Assembly (NCBI RefSeq): GCF_004010195.1
Contig: NC_057718.1
Location: 80,607,241 to 80,663,081 of the forward strand
Direction of reading: 5' to 3'
From: Chiloscyllium plagiosum
Lineage: Eukaryota
Length of the DNA: 55,841 bases
Positions 1-12,916 of this stretch are shown piece by piece (positions within the stretch are counted from its first letter, which is position 1; every line of letters begins with the position of its first letter). The notes under the pieces are model-generated. The model searched no databases. It saw nothing but the letters and a program-made list of their open reading frames with translations, and was not told where the DNA came from. The position numbers and the translations under genes were made by a program.

Positions 1-128
1 TTCCTGAAGAAGGGCTTATGCCCGAAACGTCGATTCTCCTGTTCCCTGGATGCTGCCTGACCTGCTGCGCTTTTCCAGCAACACATTTCCAGCTCTGATC
101 TCCAGCATCTGCAGACCTCACTTTCTCC
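1..128 (+). mobile_element. Short PLE 3' fragment with minimal hammerhead core (family A)
   Basis: CTGAAGA(4-10) A GGGC-ttat-GCCC GAAA(24-27) C GTC(29-31), then the family body and 3' tail ...ctgcagacctcactttctcc. Cut by the window start. Confidence 0.8.
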
Positions 129-196
129 ACTGAAAAGCACAGCAGGTCAGGCAGCATCCGAGGAGCAGGAGAATCAACATTTCGGGCATAAGCCCT
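129..196 (-). mobile_element. Diverged family A fragment
   Basis: Reverse complement of gggcttatgcccgaaatgttgattctcctgctcctcggatgctgcctgacctgctgtgcttttc. Confidence 0.7.
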
Positions 197-387
197 TGGA
201 ATGCCATGCTTTTAGGAATTATCATGCATGTCTCTGTTTGGCTTGTCTTGGGATGGATGTGTTGTCCTAGTTGAAGTGGACAAACAGACGGAAAACTAGC
301 CACCAGGATATATGAACATCAACTAGCCACAAAACAACGTGACCCATTCTCTCCAGTATCCTTACATATGGATGAGGATGGACATCA

Positions 388-897
388 GATGTTGTGAAAC
401 TTGAAAGGGTTCAGAAAAGATTTACAAGGATGTTGCCAGGGTTGGAGGATTTGAACTATAGAGAGAAGTTGAATAGGCTAGGGTGGTTTTTCCTGGAGCA
501 TCGGAGGCTGAGGGGTGACCTTATACAGGCTTATTAAATTATATGGGGCATGTATAGGATAAATAGACAAAGTCTTTTCCCTGGTGTGGGGACCTCCTGA
601 AACTAGAGGACATAAGTTTAGGGTGAGAGGGGAAAGATATAAAAGAGACCTAAGAGGTGACGTCTTCACTCAGAGGGTGGTACTTGTATGGAATGAGCTG
701 CTACAGGAAGTGGTGGAGTCTGGTCCAATTGCAATATTTAAAAGGCATCTGGATGGGTGTATATATAGGAAGGGATTGGAGGGATAGGGACCAGGTGCTA
801 GCAGGTGGGACTAGATTGGGTTGGGATATCTAGTCGACATGGACGAGTTGGACCGAAGGATCTGTTTCTGTGCTGTACATCTCTATGACTCTATGAC
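388..897 (+). mobile_element. CR1 (HER1-like) LINE 3' end
   Basis: KLERVQKRFTRMLPG...TRGHKF...FTQRVVLVWNEL C-terminus and (ctatga)n tail. Confidence 0.85.
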
Positions 898-1030
898 TGG
901 GACAACACATCCATCCCAGGACAAGCCAAACAGAGACATGCATGAGAATTCCTAGAAACTTGGCGTTCCAACTGGAACTCAACAAATACATTGATTTGGA
1001 TCCCATTTACCACCCCCTGGGAAAAAGAAC

Positions 1031-1095
1031 AGGAAATGACACCACCATAGGAAATGCCATCACCACAGGAAATGACATCACCAACCCAAGGAAAC
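1031..1095 (+). repeat. About 18-bp tandem repeat x3 (aggaaatgacaccaccat-like) inside the PLE
   Basis: aggaaatgacaccaccat / aggaaatgccatcaccac / aggaaatgacatcaccaa. Confidence 0.8.
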
Positions 1096-1150
1096 TCAAT
1101 CATATAAATAGAAAGCGGGATGCACCACCAGTATTTCATTCGGAGGCTCC

Positions 1151-1188
1151 CTGAAGATGTTACCTAGTATGGTGACGAAACATCTGAA
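1151..1188 (+). ncRNA. Degenerate hammerhead ribozyme motif in the PLE 3' UTR
   Basis: CTGAAGA t GTTACC-tagtat-GGTGAC GAAA C ATC. Stem II pairs, but the GTC triplet appears changed to ATC, consistent with CpG decay. Confidence 0.65.
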
Positions 1189-1264
1189 AACGAATCATTC
1201 AGCTCAGAGAGCAAACCTACATCCAGAACCCCAACCCTAGTTACAAACCTTCTTAAAACTCGCT

Positions 1265-2090
1265 GGAGTACTGTATACAGTTTTGGTCTCCTTGAGAAAC
1301 GATGTATTGGCATTGGAGGGGTGCAGTGAAGGTTCACAAGGTTGATTCCAAACTTGAGAGGATTAGCTTATGAGGAGTGGTTGAGCAGACTGGAACTATA
1401 CTCATTGGAATTTAGCAGAGTGAGGGGGCAATAGATTAGATAGAAGCAGGGAGGTTGTTTTCAATAGCGAGTGAAAGTAGAACTATGGGCGACATGGTGG
1501 CACAGTGGTTAGCACTGCTGCCTCACAGCGCCAGAGACCCGCGTTCAATTCCCGCCTCAGGCGACTGACTGTGTGGAGTTTGCACGTTCTCCCCGTGTCT
1601 GCGCCGGTTTCCTCCCACAGTCCAAAAATGTGCAGGTTAGGTGAATTGGCCATGCTAAATTGCCCATAGTGTTAGGTGAAGGAGTAAATGTAGGGGAATG
1701 GGTCTGGGTGAGGTTGGTCTTCGGAGGGTAGTTGTGGACTTGTTGAGCTGAAGGGCCTGTTTCCACACTGTAAGTAATTTAAACTGGGGGCACATCCTCA
1801 AAATAAGGGGGAGCAGGTTCAGGATCGAGTTGAGGTGGAATTTCTTCACCAAAAGCCTGTGAGCTTGTGGAATTCTTTGCCCTCTGAAGCAGCTGAGGTA
1901 ATTTCATTGAATGTTTTTAAGGCAAAGATAGATATTGAACAGTGAAGGAATTAAGGGGTATGGTGAGTGGACAGGTAAGTGGAGCTGAGTCCATGAAAAT
2001 ATCAGCCAAGATCTTATTGAATGGTGGAACAGACTCAGTGGACCAGATGGCCTATTGGTGCTGCTATTTCTTATATTCTGATGTTCTCTG
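1265..2090 (+). mobile_element. CR1 LINE 3' end interrupted by a SINE
   Basis: ctggagtactgtatacagttttggtctcc (LEYCIQFWSP) and a CR1-type 3' UTR. Confidence 0.75.
1487..1780 (+). mobile_element. tRNA-derived SINE (HE1-like)
   Basis: A box tggcacagtgg, B box gttcaattcc, CR1-like tail gaagggcctgtttccacactgta. Confidence 0.85.
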
Positions 2091-3200
2091 CTTCTTCAAA
2101 ACACCTTTCAAACTGGAAATCTCTTATCATATTGAAGGACGTGTGCAACCGACACAGGGAAATATGATCACCTGAAAGTTTCCCTTCAAGCCACACACCT
2201 TCCTGATTTGGAGCTATATTGCTGATCTTTCGTTGTTACTGGGTAAAAATCCTAAAACTTGTTTCCTGATTGCACTATAGGAGTACCTACACCCCCAACG
2301 ACTTATATCTAGCCTTTAAGGATCCTTCTCAAAGTTTGTGTAATACCCTTTTGTGTCCCTACCCCCTGAACTGGGAGGCCTGGGTTCAAGTCCCATTCTG
2401 TTCCAGAGTTATTTAATAACATCTGTAAACAGGCTAATTAGAAAAATAGGTCAATGTTTGTGTTGTTAGCTCTGCAAAGTCCAGGAATATTTTTTTCTCT
2501 GGCTCAGTCTTGGCAGTAACTGTGGAGCAAATGAATCAAGGAGGTAGGTTTGTTTAGCTTGGAGGGCCTGAGGAAAGCGTGCTTAATCTCCTTGGTTCAG
2601 GTCGTGCTATAAAAGCATAAATTTAACTTTTTTCCATCCTCTAATCTGCTAAGTTTCCCAAAGTACCCTCCTGTACTTAAAAACATCCTTTCTATATTTC
2701 AACTGAGTCACCTCTGATTCTTTCAAACTCTAGATGATACAGGCTTAGCCTGTCTCACCTTTCCTCATAAGGCAATCCACTCATTCAAGTCCTAGTCAAT
2801 AAGTCTTCTCTGAACAGGTTTCAAAGCATTAACATCCTTTTGTAGGTACAGGGAACAATACTGTACACAGTACTCCAGTTGAGTCTCAATAATGCCCAGT
2901 ATAACTAAAGCATAACCTCCCTACTCTTGCATTCAACTCCCATCACAATAAACCATAACATTCTATTAACTTTCCTGATTACTTGCTACACCTGCACACT
3001 AACCTTCTGTGATTTGTACACTTGGACAGCAAGATCTCTCCACATCTTGAGCTCTGCAACCTCTCTATTTAGATAAAATGCTTCTTTTCTATTCTTTCTG
3101 GCAAAATGGACAGTTTTCCATTTTTCCACATTGTATTCCATTTGTAATTTTGTTCATTTACTTAACCTAACTATAGCCCTTTGTGGGCTTCTTATTGCAG

Positions 3201-3549
3201 AATCATATAAACCCTACAATGTGGAAGCAGGCCATTCATCCCATTAAGTCCACACTTACCGTCTGAAGATTGTCCCACCCTGACCCACTCCCCTATCCTA
3301 TCTTTTTGCATTTCCCATGGCTAATTCATCTACCATGCACATCCAAGGGCACTATGGGCAATTTAACATGGCCAGTTCACCCAACTTGCATATCTTTGCA
3401 CTGTGGGAGGAATCCAGAGCGACTGGAAGAAACCCACGCAGCACGGAGAATGTGTAAACTCCACACTGACAGTTGTCCAATGGTGAAATCAAACACGGGT
3501 CCTGGCACTGTGAGCTAGCAGTGCTAACCACTGAACCACCATGCTTCCC
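3201..3549 (-). mobile_element. tRNA-derived SINE (HE1-like)
   Basis: Reverse complement of the 1487-1780 family. Confidence 0.8.
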
Positions 3550-5085
3550 TTATGTCCTGTTCAAAACTCACTTTCCTGAACTATATTTGTGTCAATAAAT
3601 TTAACTACCATGTCTTTGGCCCCTTCATCCAAATCATTTATATGAATTGTAAAGTGTTGAGGTCCTGGCAGCAACTCCTCTAGGACATCAGTCATGATAC
3701 ACAGCCATCGTGCAAAACACCTATTTTTCCCATTCTCTGCTTCGAATGAACCAGCCAATCACGTTACACCCAACACCATGAGCTTTTATATTCCACAATA
3801 ACCTATGAAGTGACACCTTATCAAGTGTCTCCTGGAAATCTCCGTGCAAGTCATCCACTCGTTCCCCTTTATCAATATCACAAGTTACTACTTCAAATAT
3901 TTTCTAGAAAGACCTTCCATCTAGATCTAGGATAAAATCCATCAGGTCCCAGGAGTCATCAACTCACAGTTTGAATAATTTACTCAGTACTACTTCCCTG
4001 ATAATTGTAATTTCATGCATTTTTCAGTCCTTTTCAATACCTGATTAACAGCTATCTCCAGGATGCTTCCTATTTCCTCTCCAGTGAAGACCAATATAAG
4101 CAATCTGTTCAATTCATCTGCCATCTCTTTATCCATTACTAATTCCCCAGACTTATTTTCTATAGGACCAACACTTACTTTGTTAACTGTTTTTCTTAAC
4201 ATCTGAAGGAACTTTTCCTGTCTATGAATGTATATTTAGCTAAATTTGTCTCACACTCTAATTTTCTGTCATCAATATTTTAGTATTTCTTTGGATTTTT
4301 AAAAAAAATTCTGTTCAATCTTCTAATCTGCCATCTATCTTTGTACATTTATACATCTTTTCTTTGAGGTTAATAACATTTTTGACTTTTTTTAGTTAGC
4401 CATAGATGACGGGATCATGCCATAGATTTTTTTTATTTGTTGGAATCAATATATTTTGTGTTTTCTGGAATATCCCCTTATTTGCCTATCCCATAACCTA
4501 AACAGCCAGTTAACTTCGACTAGCTCTGCTTTTATGCTCTCATAATGGCCATTGTTTATATTCAAAATGGTGGTCTTAGATCCACACTTCTCTCCCTTAA
4601 ACTGTATGCAAACTTCAACCATCATATGGTCACTGCCACCAAGGGATGCATTTATTATGAGGTCAGTAATTGGTCCGATCTTAATGCTCAAACCAGCTTC
4701 GTAAAGCCTGCTGTCTGGTTGGTACTACCCAAGCTAGTCTCAGAAATTTTCCCAAAATATTCAATTAATTCCTCACCTATACTATTTTTATCCAGTCTGA
4801 TTTTTCCAGTCTGTATATAGATTAAAATCCCCCATGATAATTGCTGTTTCGTTATTTCTTCCCTGATATCTGATCCTACATGGGTACTGTTAGGTGACTG
4901 TACAAAATTCTCTTTTGCCTTTATCATTCCTCACCCTTACCCAGACCGCTTCTATATCTTGGTTTCTGAATGTGGTCATCTCTCTTGATTGTATTAATAC
5001 CTTTAATTAACAGAGCTACTCCTCCACTTATTCCTAACTTTTTGTCCTTCCCTAATATCGCATGCCTTCCAAAATTTAGGTCCTA

Positions 5086-5550
5086 ATTTGATTTGATTTG
5101 ATTTGTTTATTGTCACGTGTACCTAAGTACAGTGAAAAACTTTGTTTACAGGCAGATCATAGCAAGCAAGCATATTCAGATCATCGGGTGGGACAAAAAC
5201 TTAGACAGAGGCATACAGGTTACATCACATCGGGCATACATTAGGCAAGATCAACATTAGCAAGATCAGAATTATTTGAAGTTAGAGAGTTCATTAATCA
5301 GTATAATAAAGACCAGGAAGAAGCTGTTACTGAAGTTCAAGCTTCTGTATCTTCTGCTTGACTTAAGATGTTGTAAGAGAGCATTACCAGGGTGGCATAT
5401 GTCTTTGATGTAGGCAGCCTTCCTCCGGCAACGAGCTATGTAAATGGAGTCCATGGATGGAAGGCTGGCTTCTGTGATGGTCTGGGCTGTGCATACAACC
5501 TTCTGCAGTTTCTTCCAGTCCTCGGCAGAGCAGTTGCCATATCATGCCAT
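5086..5550 (-). mobile_element. Rex1/Babar-like LINE 3' end
   Basis: IKDICHPGNALLQHLKSSRRYRSL C-terminal motif and (aaatc)n tail. Related pieces at 38180-38532 and 50480-50590. Confidence 0.6.
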
Positions 5551-5829
5551 TAATCAAGGTTATCTTGAAGCCACACCTCAGTAATGACCACTAGATCATA
5601 CTTATTTGTCTCAATTTGTACTACGAGTTCATCTGTTTTGTTTTGAATGCACTGTACCATCAAATGCAATGCCTTAAGTGTTGTTTTGTTATTTTTTAAT
5701 TCTAGTCTTACCTGCTGATTTGTCCCATAACCTGTATTATCTGTCCTTTCCTGTCGTTGTCTGTTTATTATTATTCCTTCCTTTATTGCCTTTTCCTCAC
5801 TTTTTGTTGCACCTCAACTTCCCAAATTT

Positions 5830-5949
5830 AAGGAGGGCCTGTGCCCGAAACGTCGAATCTCCTGTTCCCTGGATGCTGCCTGACCTGCTGTGCTGTTCCA
5901 GCAATAAAGTTTCAACTTTGATCTCCAGCATCTGCAGACCTCACTTTCT
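5830..5949 (+). mobile_element. Family A PLE/hammerhead insert, single arm
   Basis: gggc-ctgt-gcccgaaacgtcgaatc...tail. TSD cttcccaaattt at 5818-5829 and 5950-5961. 5'-truncated inside the core. Confidence 0.85.
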
Positions 5950-6619
5950 CTTCCCAAATTTGGGCCCTTGCCCCCACTATTTCACTTAAAACCCACATTA
6001 TCTCCCTGGTTATGTGGTTTGAAAGAGCATCATTCCAAATATGATTCAGGTGTAGACAATTCCCACAGTACAGATCCCACCTTCCCTAGTATTCTTGCCA
6101 GTAGCTTATGAACTGGAACCTACGCCAGTCTTTCAGCTATGCATTCATCTCTTTAACCTTGCTTATCCTTTTCAAATTTTCGCATGGGTCAGGTAATAAT
6201 CTAGAGATTGTTATCTTGATAGAGTTATTTGGTAGAGTGTATGTTTATTTTTTGCAGTTAGCTACGAAGTCATCTTCATACAATGCTGCAGAGTTCCTTA
6301 ATAGAACTTAGGTTTATGACCTATTTGAGCATCAAAGCAGGTGGAGACTGTGACACCCCAAGGTAGATGATAGCTTTTTCCTCTTTAATAATGGCCTTTC
6401 TCCAAGAACCAGCCATTAACAGACCCTATCAATAGCACAGTTAATGATGATAGCCCTCAATTTCTTCATGTTAGGACTCTGCTGCTAACCTTTGTGCTAA
6501 CCTCTCATTTGGCTGCTTGTCACTGCATGAATGCTGTCACAGAACCACACTTTGCTGAGTCACGAATTTCATCAACTCCCCCACTGATGTGCCAACCATT
6601 CTCCAAGTCCAGGGCTTAA

Positions 6620-9290
6620 GTGTGGAAGTATATAAGATCATGAGAGGCATGGTTAGGGTGAATGCACCGAATCTTTTCCCCAAAGGAATTGAGGACATCA
6701 GTTTAAGGTTAGAGGGGAAAGAATGAAAGGGACCTTGAGGGACAACTTTTTTACACAGAAGGTAGTAATCAGACAGAATGAGCTGCCAGCGGAAGTGGTA
6801 GGGGAGGGTACATTAACAATATTTAAAAGGCATTTGGACAAATACACGCATAGGAAAGGTTTATGGGCCAAGAGCAGGGAACTGGGTTTCGCATGGATGG
6901 ACATTTTGTCGGCATGGACCAGTTTGGGCTGAAGGGTCTGAAGATGAAAAGGGTATGTGAGAAAGGCACTATTGCAATAATCAATATGCAGGTGGACTGG
7001 GAAAATCTGGTTAGTAGCGAATCCCAACAGGCAGCTCTGGATTTGGTGATGGGCAATGAGGCAGACTTGATTTGGAAATTTAAGGTGAAGGAATCCCTAG
7101 GAGTAATAGAATTCACCCTGCAATTTTAGAGGGAGAAGCTGGAATCAGATGTCAGGTGTTACAATTGAATAATGATAAATACAAATACAAGAGGGAGCAC
7201 CTGGCCAGAGTTAAATTCAAAGGGGAGCCTAGCAGGGAAGATTATTGAGTAGTAATGGCAGAGGTAATTTGGGAGGCACAGTAGAAATTTAATCTGAGGA
7301 AGAAGAAACATATTAAGGAGGGGACAAGGCAACTACTGCTGACAAGAGAAGTCAGGAACAGCATAAAAGCAAAAGAAAAAGCATACAATGTGTGAATATT
7401 AGTGGGAATCCAGAAGATGAGAAGCCTTTACAAACCAGTAGAAGATAACTAAAAATGTAATAAACAAGGGAGAAGATGAAGTATGAGAGACAGTGAGCCA
7501 GTAATATAGATAGCAAGAGTTTTTTTTAAGATGTCTAGAGGTTAAGAGAGAGGTAAGAGTGGACATTGGACTGCTGGAACATGAGGCTGGGAAGGTAGTA
7601 ATGGGGAACAAAGAAATGATGGTGGCACTGAAAACTGATACAGTTTTCACAGTGGAAGATATTAGCAACGTACCAGAACTTCAAGAGTCAGGGGACAAAG
7701 ATAAGTGTAGTGATCACCATGATGGAGAAGATCTGCGAAGCTGAAAGATCTGAAGGTGGATAAATCACCTAGGATAGATAGACAATACACCAGAGGAGAT
7801 TGTTGAGGCATTGGTGGTAATCTTTCAGGAATCACTGGACTTAAAGTCCCGGAGAACTGAAAAATGGCTATTGTAATACCATGATTAAGAAGGGAGAGAG
7901 GCAAAAGACAGGAAACTATAGGCCGTTTTGCCTGACCTCAGTCATTGGTAAGATTTTAGAGTCCATCATTAAGGATGAGTTTGAGAGGTACTTGGAAGTA
8001 CATTATAAAATTGGGTTTAGTAAACACAGCTTCATCAAGGGAAGTCATGCCTGACAAATCTCTTAGCATTCTTTGAAGAGGCAATGAGTAAGTTAGACAA
8101 AGGAAAACCAGTGGATGTAATCTATTTGGACATCCTGAAGGCTTTTGACAAGGTACCGCACAGGAGGCTGCTAAATAGATAACAGCCCATGATGTTAAGA
8201 CCAAAGTACTGACATGAATAGAGAATTGGCTGACTAGCAGAACTCAGAATATACATAAAATAGAATTTCGGAATGGTAGCCGGTGACTTAGTGGAGTTCC
8301 ATGTTGGGACCACAACTGTTCACATTATACATTAGTGATCTGAACGAAGGAACTGAGGGCAATTTTGCTCAGTTTGCAGACCACACAAAGAAAGGTTGTG
8401 TGGTAGGTAGTGTTGATGTAACAAAGAAATTGCAGGAGGATTTAGACAGGTAAGAGGAGTGGGCAAAGAAGTGCCAGATGGAATACAATCAATATAATAC
8501 AATGCAAGTGTGATATTGTGCACTTTCATCGGAAGAATAGAGTTCTAGACTAAGGCAAAAGCTTAGGAAATCTGAAGCACAAAGGGACTTGGGAGACTTA
8601 GTTCAAGATTCACTTAAGGTTAACATGCCAGTACAGTTGGTAGTTAGGAAAGCAAATGCAATGTTTGCATTCATTTCAAGAGGGCTGGAATACAACAGAA
8701 ATGTACAGCTAAGGCTGCATAAGGCTCTGGTCAGGCTGCATTTGGAATATTTATAGCAGTTTTGTGCCCTGTATTTAAGGAAGGATGTGCTGGCCTTGGA
8801 GGGAGTCCATAGAATGATTTAGGGAACGTAGGCTTGTCATACGAGGTGCAGTTGAAAATTCTGAATCTGTGCTTGATGGTGTTTAGAAAGATAAAGGGGG
8901 GGATCTCATTGAAACTTACAAAATACTGAGAGGCCTAGATAGAGTGGATGTGGAGAATATATTTCCATCAGTAGGATTGTCTAGGACCTGAGGGCACAGC
9001 TTCAGATTGAAGAGATGGCCCTTTAGAACTAATATGTGGAGCAATTTCCTCAACCAGAGAGTGGTTAATCTTTGGAACTCATTACCGCAGAGGGCTGTGG
9101 AGGCCAAGTCATTGAGTGTATTTAAGATAAAGATAGTTTTTTTTTAATTGGTAAGGGGATCAAGGGTTATGGGGAGATGGCAGGAGAATGGATTTGAGAA
9201 ATATATATGCCATGATCAAACAGCAGGGCAGACTCAATGGGCTGAATGGCCTAATTCTGCTTCTCTATATTATGATCTTATGGTCTCCTG
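6620..9290 (+). mobile_element. Two adjacent CR1 remnants (3' end at 6620-6945, long ORF2 remnant at 6945-9290)
   Basis: FFTQKVV..NELP; LDLVMGNE; aaggcttttgacaaggtaccgcac (KAFDKVPH); FADHTK. Confidence 0.8.
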
Positions 9291-10656
9291 TTGTTTAGTC
9301 TTTTGGAGCATTCAGACATTAAGTAAATGAAATATATTGTTTTGTATGTTTGTGTTTTGTGGTGTGCATCATTAGCTCGGCATCATTTCATGATAGCAAG
9401 GACTTGGTGACTTGAGGGTTGAATACTAGTATACATTTGCTATATGTCAGTCCGGTAACCAGTTAATTGGTGTACGAATGCTATTGTGACAAGGGTTGCT
9501 GCTATGCAACAGTGATAAGGCACCAAAATTCCTTGAGGAACTTACTTGTAATGGGATGTTGACAGGCTCAGACTAGCCAATGAATTGATCAGTGGTTTCC
9601 CTCCTTTGTTAAGGGGTACTGTGAAGAGATAAGCTTGAGAGAAACCTCCCCTCAGCTGCACTGTTGTTCTTGACTACAGCACAATGCTTGGACCTCCTGT
9701 GATTGCATTTTTCATATTGCAGCTTCTGACAGGAGAGAGCTTTGTTACATTCCAGCAGTCCTTTGTTGTGTGCTTGGCGCAGATTCCAGCAATCCTTTAT
9801 TTCTGTGGGACTTCAAACTATTGGCCTATTATGATGTCAGCAATAACGATGAATATTCACAATGTGAAGTTCAGCCAGTTTCCAGGAAGACTTGTCAATT
9901 TCACTAACCATTAATCTCCTGCAAACCAAAGGTGGCAGTAGAGGCAAATGCTTTGGCCTATGCCGAGACTGAACCTGTTATGTGTTTGTTTCAAGCTGCC
10001 ATGTTCAACCTGCCAACTTCAGTCTGACCCCACCCCAGAGGAAAATTCCATTGTCCTGCTACTGCCAGAATGAAGCCAAGATTGCAATGTTAGAAAATTC
10101 CCAACCATTATTCCTCTATCCATGATGAAAATTAAGGCACTTCTCTTTGGTTTTGGTTATTTGGTTGCTACATGCTACATGTCATATCAGACATAGTGGA
10201 AGATCACATGAAATGTAAGTATTACCAGTTCTAAGCAGGCAAGATTGAATCTTACATTTCAAATTTGCACTATCCTGGGGTTTAACTTTGCTGGCTTTGG
10301 GTGATATGGGAATTTGACTTTGACTCCAACTTTGGACAATAATGTTGAACGAGCAATATTGATTCTAATTTTGAAACAACATAGTAGACATCCAGGGAGC
10401 AGTATTTTTAGGAAGGAGAAAGGTATTGGTAAAAACAATAGTAAGATGGACCAAGCAGAAAATTGTCTTCTGTCATGCAAAATAAATAAATCAGCTTTTA
10501 GTTCACTTCCGCAATTCCATTGGCAAACCTTACTCAGTCCTTGCATCTTCAACATCTTTATTAAATTTCTCATTGTTTGTAAATGTATAAATTGGTGAAA
10601 CAGAATTCAGATAACTATAAAGATTATAAAGATACATTTTCTTATTGCTTTTCAAG

Positions 10657-10791
10657 GTCGTTGGTCCTTCATCTGCAGGATCTTTTCGCGAGAGACCCAG
10701 CGGACCTACAGCATTTCGCAAGTGTTATAAACGAGGCGATTTCCCTATTGCCTTAGAGCATGGTTCACATGGAAATCGAATAGCCTGGAAG
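10657..10791 (+). CDS. PACRG: PACRG (Parkin co-regulated gene) internal coding exon, 135 bp, phase 0/0
   Basis: Translates to [45 protein letters not shown], matching the conserved PACRG segment [45 protein letters not shown]. Acceptor is ttttcttattgcttttcaAG (ends 10656) and donor is GTgagt (10792). No other PACRG exon was recognised in the window. Confidence 0.93.
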
Positions 10792-12703
10792 GTGAGTTGG
10801 AGTACAGTCATGGCAGACACTGCAAGACTGAAAGTAACGTTGCCTATTGCCAAACAAGTTTACTTCACAAATTAATCAGATAGAGTCATTTCGCAGTAAA
10901 TAGCAGCAAGAAAAAGGTCTCCTGAGTCAGTTGCCCACCTTTGCTAACAATTAAATTATATCCAACGAAGGAGATGTGAGTCAGCTTTCCTTTGAGACTA
11001 TTCTCTCCCAGCCAATCCATCTCCATTTTTATGAGGACCTGGCAACCCAAGCTATTTAAAACAGTCTATCAAGTAATGGAACTAGCTAAATGCATCAAGC
11101 AAGCAAGCATTTATCTCTCAAGCTTCATCTGTTCCTGCAGAATGTTTCCAAATGAAAGGTTTAATTACTTAAATGGATAAGGCATGCAATCTTGACCTAT
11201 GTGATGTGGAGCAGAATACTAATGAAGGTCAATCCTTATTCTATTGCTGCTTTCAATAGCTGCAGCACATGTTAGCTGTATGCAGTTATGCATCTTCAAA
11301 TGGCCTAATCTTACCCATTTCTCTGGCAAAAAAGGAAGTAACTTCAAATAAAATGCAATATTTAATGAATACTCTGAAACTAGTATACAAAGCATAACGT
11401 AACAGGATAGTCATGTGTGAAAATTATGAAACAGTTTAAAGTGCTATATCTTACTGTGAACCAGACAGATTGAAATACACGTTATTTCCATTGTGGAATT
11501 CATTAGTTTTTATTGCACAATCTTAGATTTAGCTCAATGTTAATTTTGTTTTGGCAATGTTTACAATTGCATAATATTTTAAAATATTTATATGGGCATT
11601 TGTTAACAAAGTGGTATTGTTTCTTCTTGATTCCATAAAGTTCAAAAGCATCTATAAAGTTGGTAGAATGTTTAAAATACAATACTGATGCAATACTTGA
11701 AGTGATTTATTTTGATGACTTTGTTACTGGATACTGTTATAAAGCAGAGGTTGACCCTCCTCTAAGAACTAAAACTGAAACACCTGTAGTCTGTAAAAAG
11801 AGCGCGAAAAATGGTGTAACCTGCTTTTCAACAACTTCTAGTGATTGAATAAAATACCTACCTTAAGAAAAAAAGCCCATAATTAGGAAAAGATGGCTTC
11901 ATTCTTTTTTCTTTTAAACCCTTAACTCCATTATATTACTAGATCCATAGTTCATTAATCTTGAGTTACACATTTTAGACTAATTCTACTTGTATAGAAC
12001 ATTGAACATGACTGTTTCTATCTTATATGAGCATTTTTTTTAAAACTCGTGATAAAGCATCCTCAATAATATTTTCATGACCTGCAACATATACAATCTG
12101 TAAATTAAATCCTTGAAACATGAGACTCAAACAAATTAATCTGGTGTTCTTGTCCTTAGTCTTTCCAGAAATGTCAAAGGATTGTAACAGGTATACACAA
12201 TAGTCTCTGATGCATTGTTTGCAATGTAAACATTAACATGTTGTAAAGCCATTACCAAACTCCATAACTTTTTTCAATCATTGAACATTTTTCCGGCGGA
12301 TATTGAGTTTTTTTGAAAAATAACTGATTCGCCTTTCAATTCCATAATAATCTTCCTGTAGCAACATAGCTCCAACACCTGCATCACCTGCATTGATGGC
12401 AACTTTGAAGGGTTTCAAAACATTTGGCATGGCTAAAACTAATGCAGTAGTTAACTCTGCTTTTAAATTCTTAAATACCTCCTGGCGTTGTTCTGTCCAC
12501 TGAAATTTTGTTTTTTTTTAACAAATCTTGGTACAAATTTTCTGTAGAATTCACTCAATCCTAAAAATCGTAGATGGTCTTTGTCTTCATGTTCCTTGGT
12601 GTCATCTGTTATTTTCGATGTTGTGCCCTAAAATATCACTTCCACCTTCACAAGTTCTGTTTTTGACAATGTTATGACCGATCTTGCCCTCCATAGACTT
12701 TTC

Positions 12704-12916
12704 GAGGAGAAAGTGAGGACTGCAGATGCTGGAGATCAGAGCTGAAAATGTGTTGCTGGAAAAGCGCAGCAGGTCAGGCAGCATCCAAGGAACAGGAGAA
12801 TCGACGTTCCTGGAGCATTGCTTCCTGAAGAAGGGCTTATGCCCGAAACGTTGATTCTCCTGTTCCTTGGATGCTGCCTGACCTGCTGCGCTTTTCCAGC
12901 AACACATTTTCAGCTC
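12704..12916. mobile_element. Family A fold-back insert (tail on minus arm)
   Basis: Inverted arms. TSD ctccatagact at 12689-12699 and 12914-12924. Plus-strand core CTGAAGA at 12825. Confidence 0.88.

Larger units (their letters stand above)
197..1264 (+). mobile_element. Penelope-like retroelement 3' remnant (GIY-YIG endonuclease C-terminus and 3' UTR) with a 5' inverted piece, interrupted by CR1
   Basis: 279-388 reads GQTDGKLATRIYEHQLATKQRDPFSPVSLHMDEDGH and resumes after about 895 as DWDNTSIPGQAKQRHA*EFLETW, a PLE GIY-YIG signature. 197-278 is an inverted copy of about 895-970. Confidence 0.8.
2700..5680 (-). mobile_element. Long degenerate CR1 ORF2 remnant (endonuclease to RT) with nested inserts
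   Basis: Minus-strand fragments LGGSDHMMVE (APE), GPIENKSGELV and FTIHINDLDEG (RT). Boundaries approximate. Confidence 0.7.

Noticed and set aside
1031..1095. CRISPR-like array
   Set aside because: Eukaryotic context. It is a tandem 18-mer without spacers inside a PLE.
1487..1560. tRNA gene
   Set aside because: A and B boxes continue into SINE body and tail, with four similar copies in the window.
10645..10875. 76-aa ORF as a standalone gene
   Set aside because: Only 10657-10791 matches PACRG. The rest is intron read-through beyond the splice sites.
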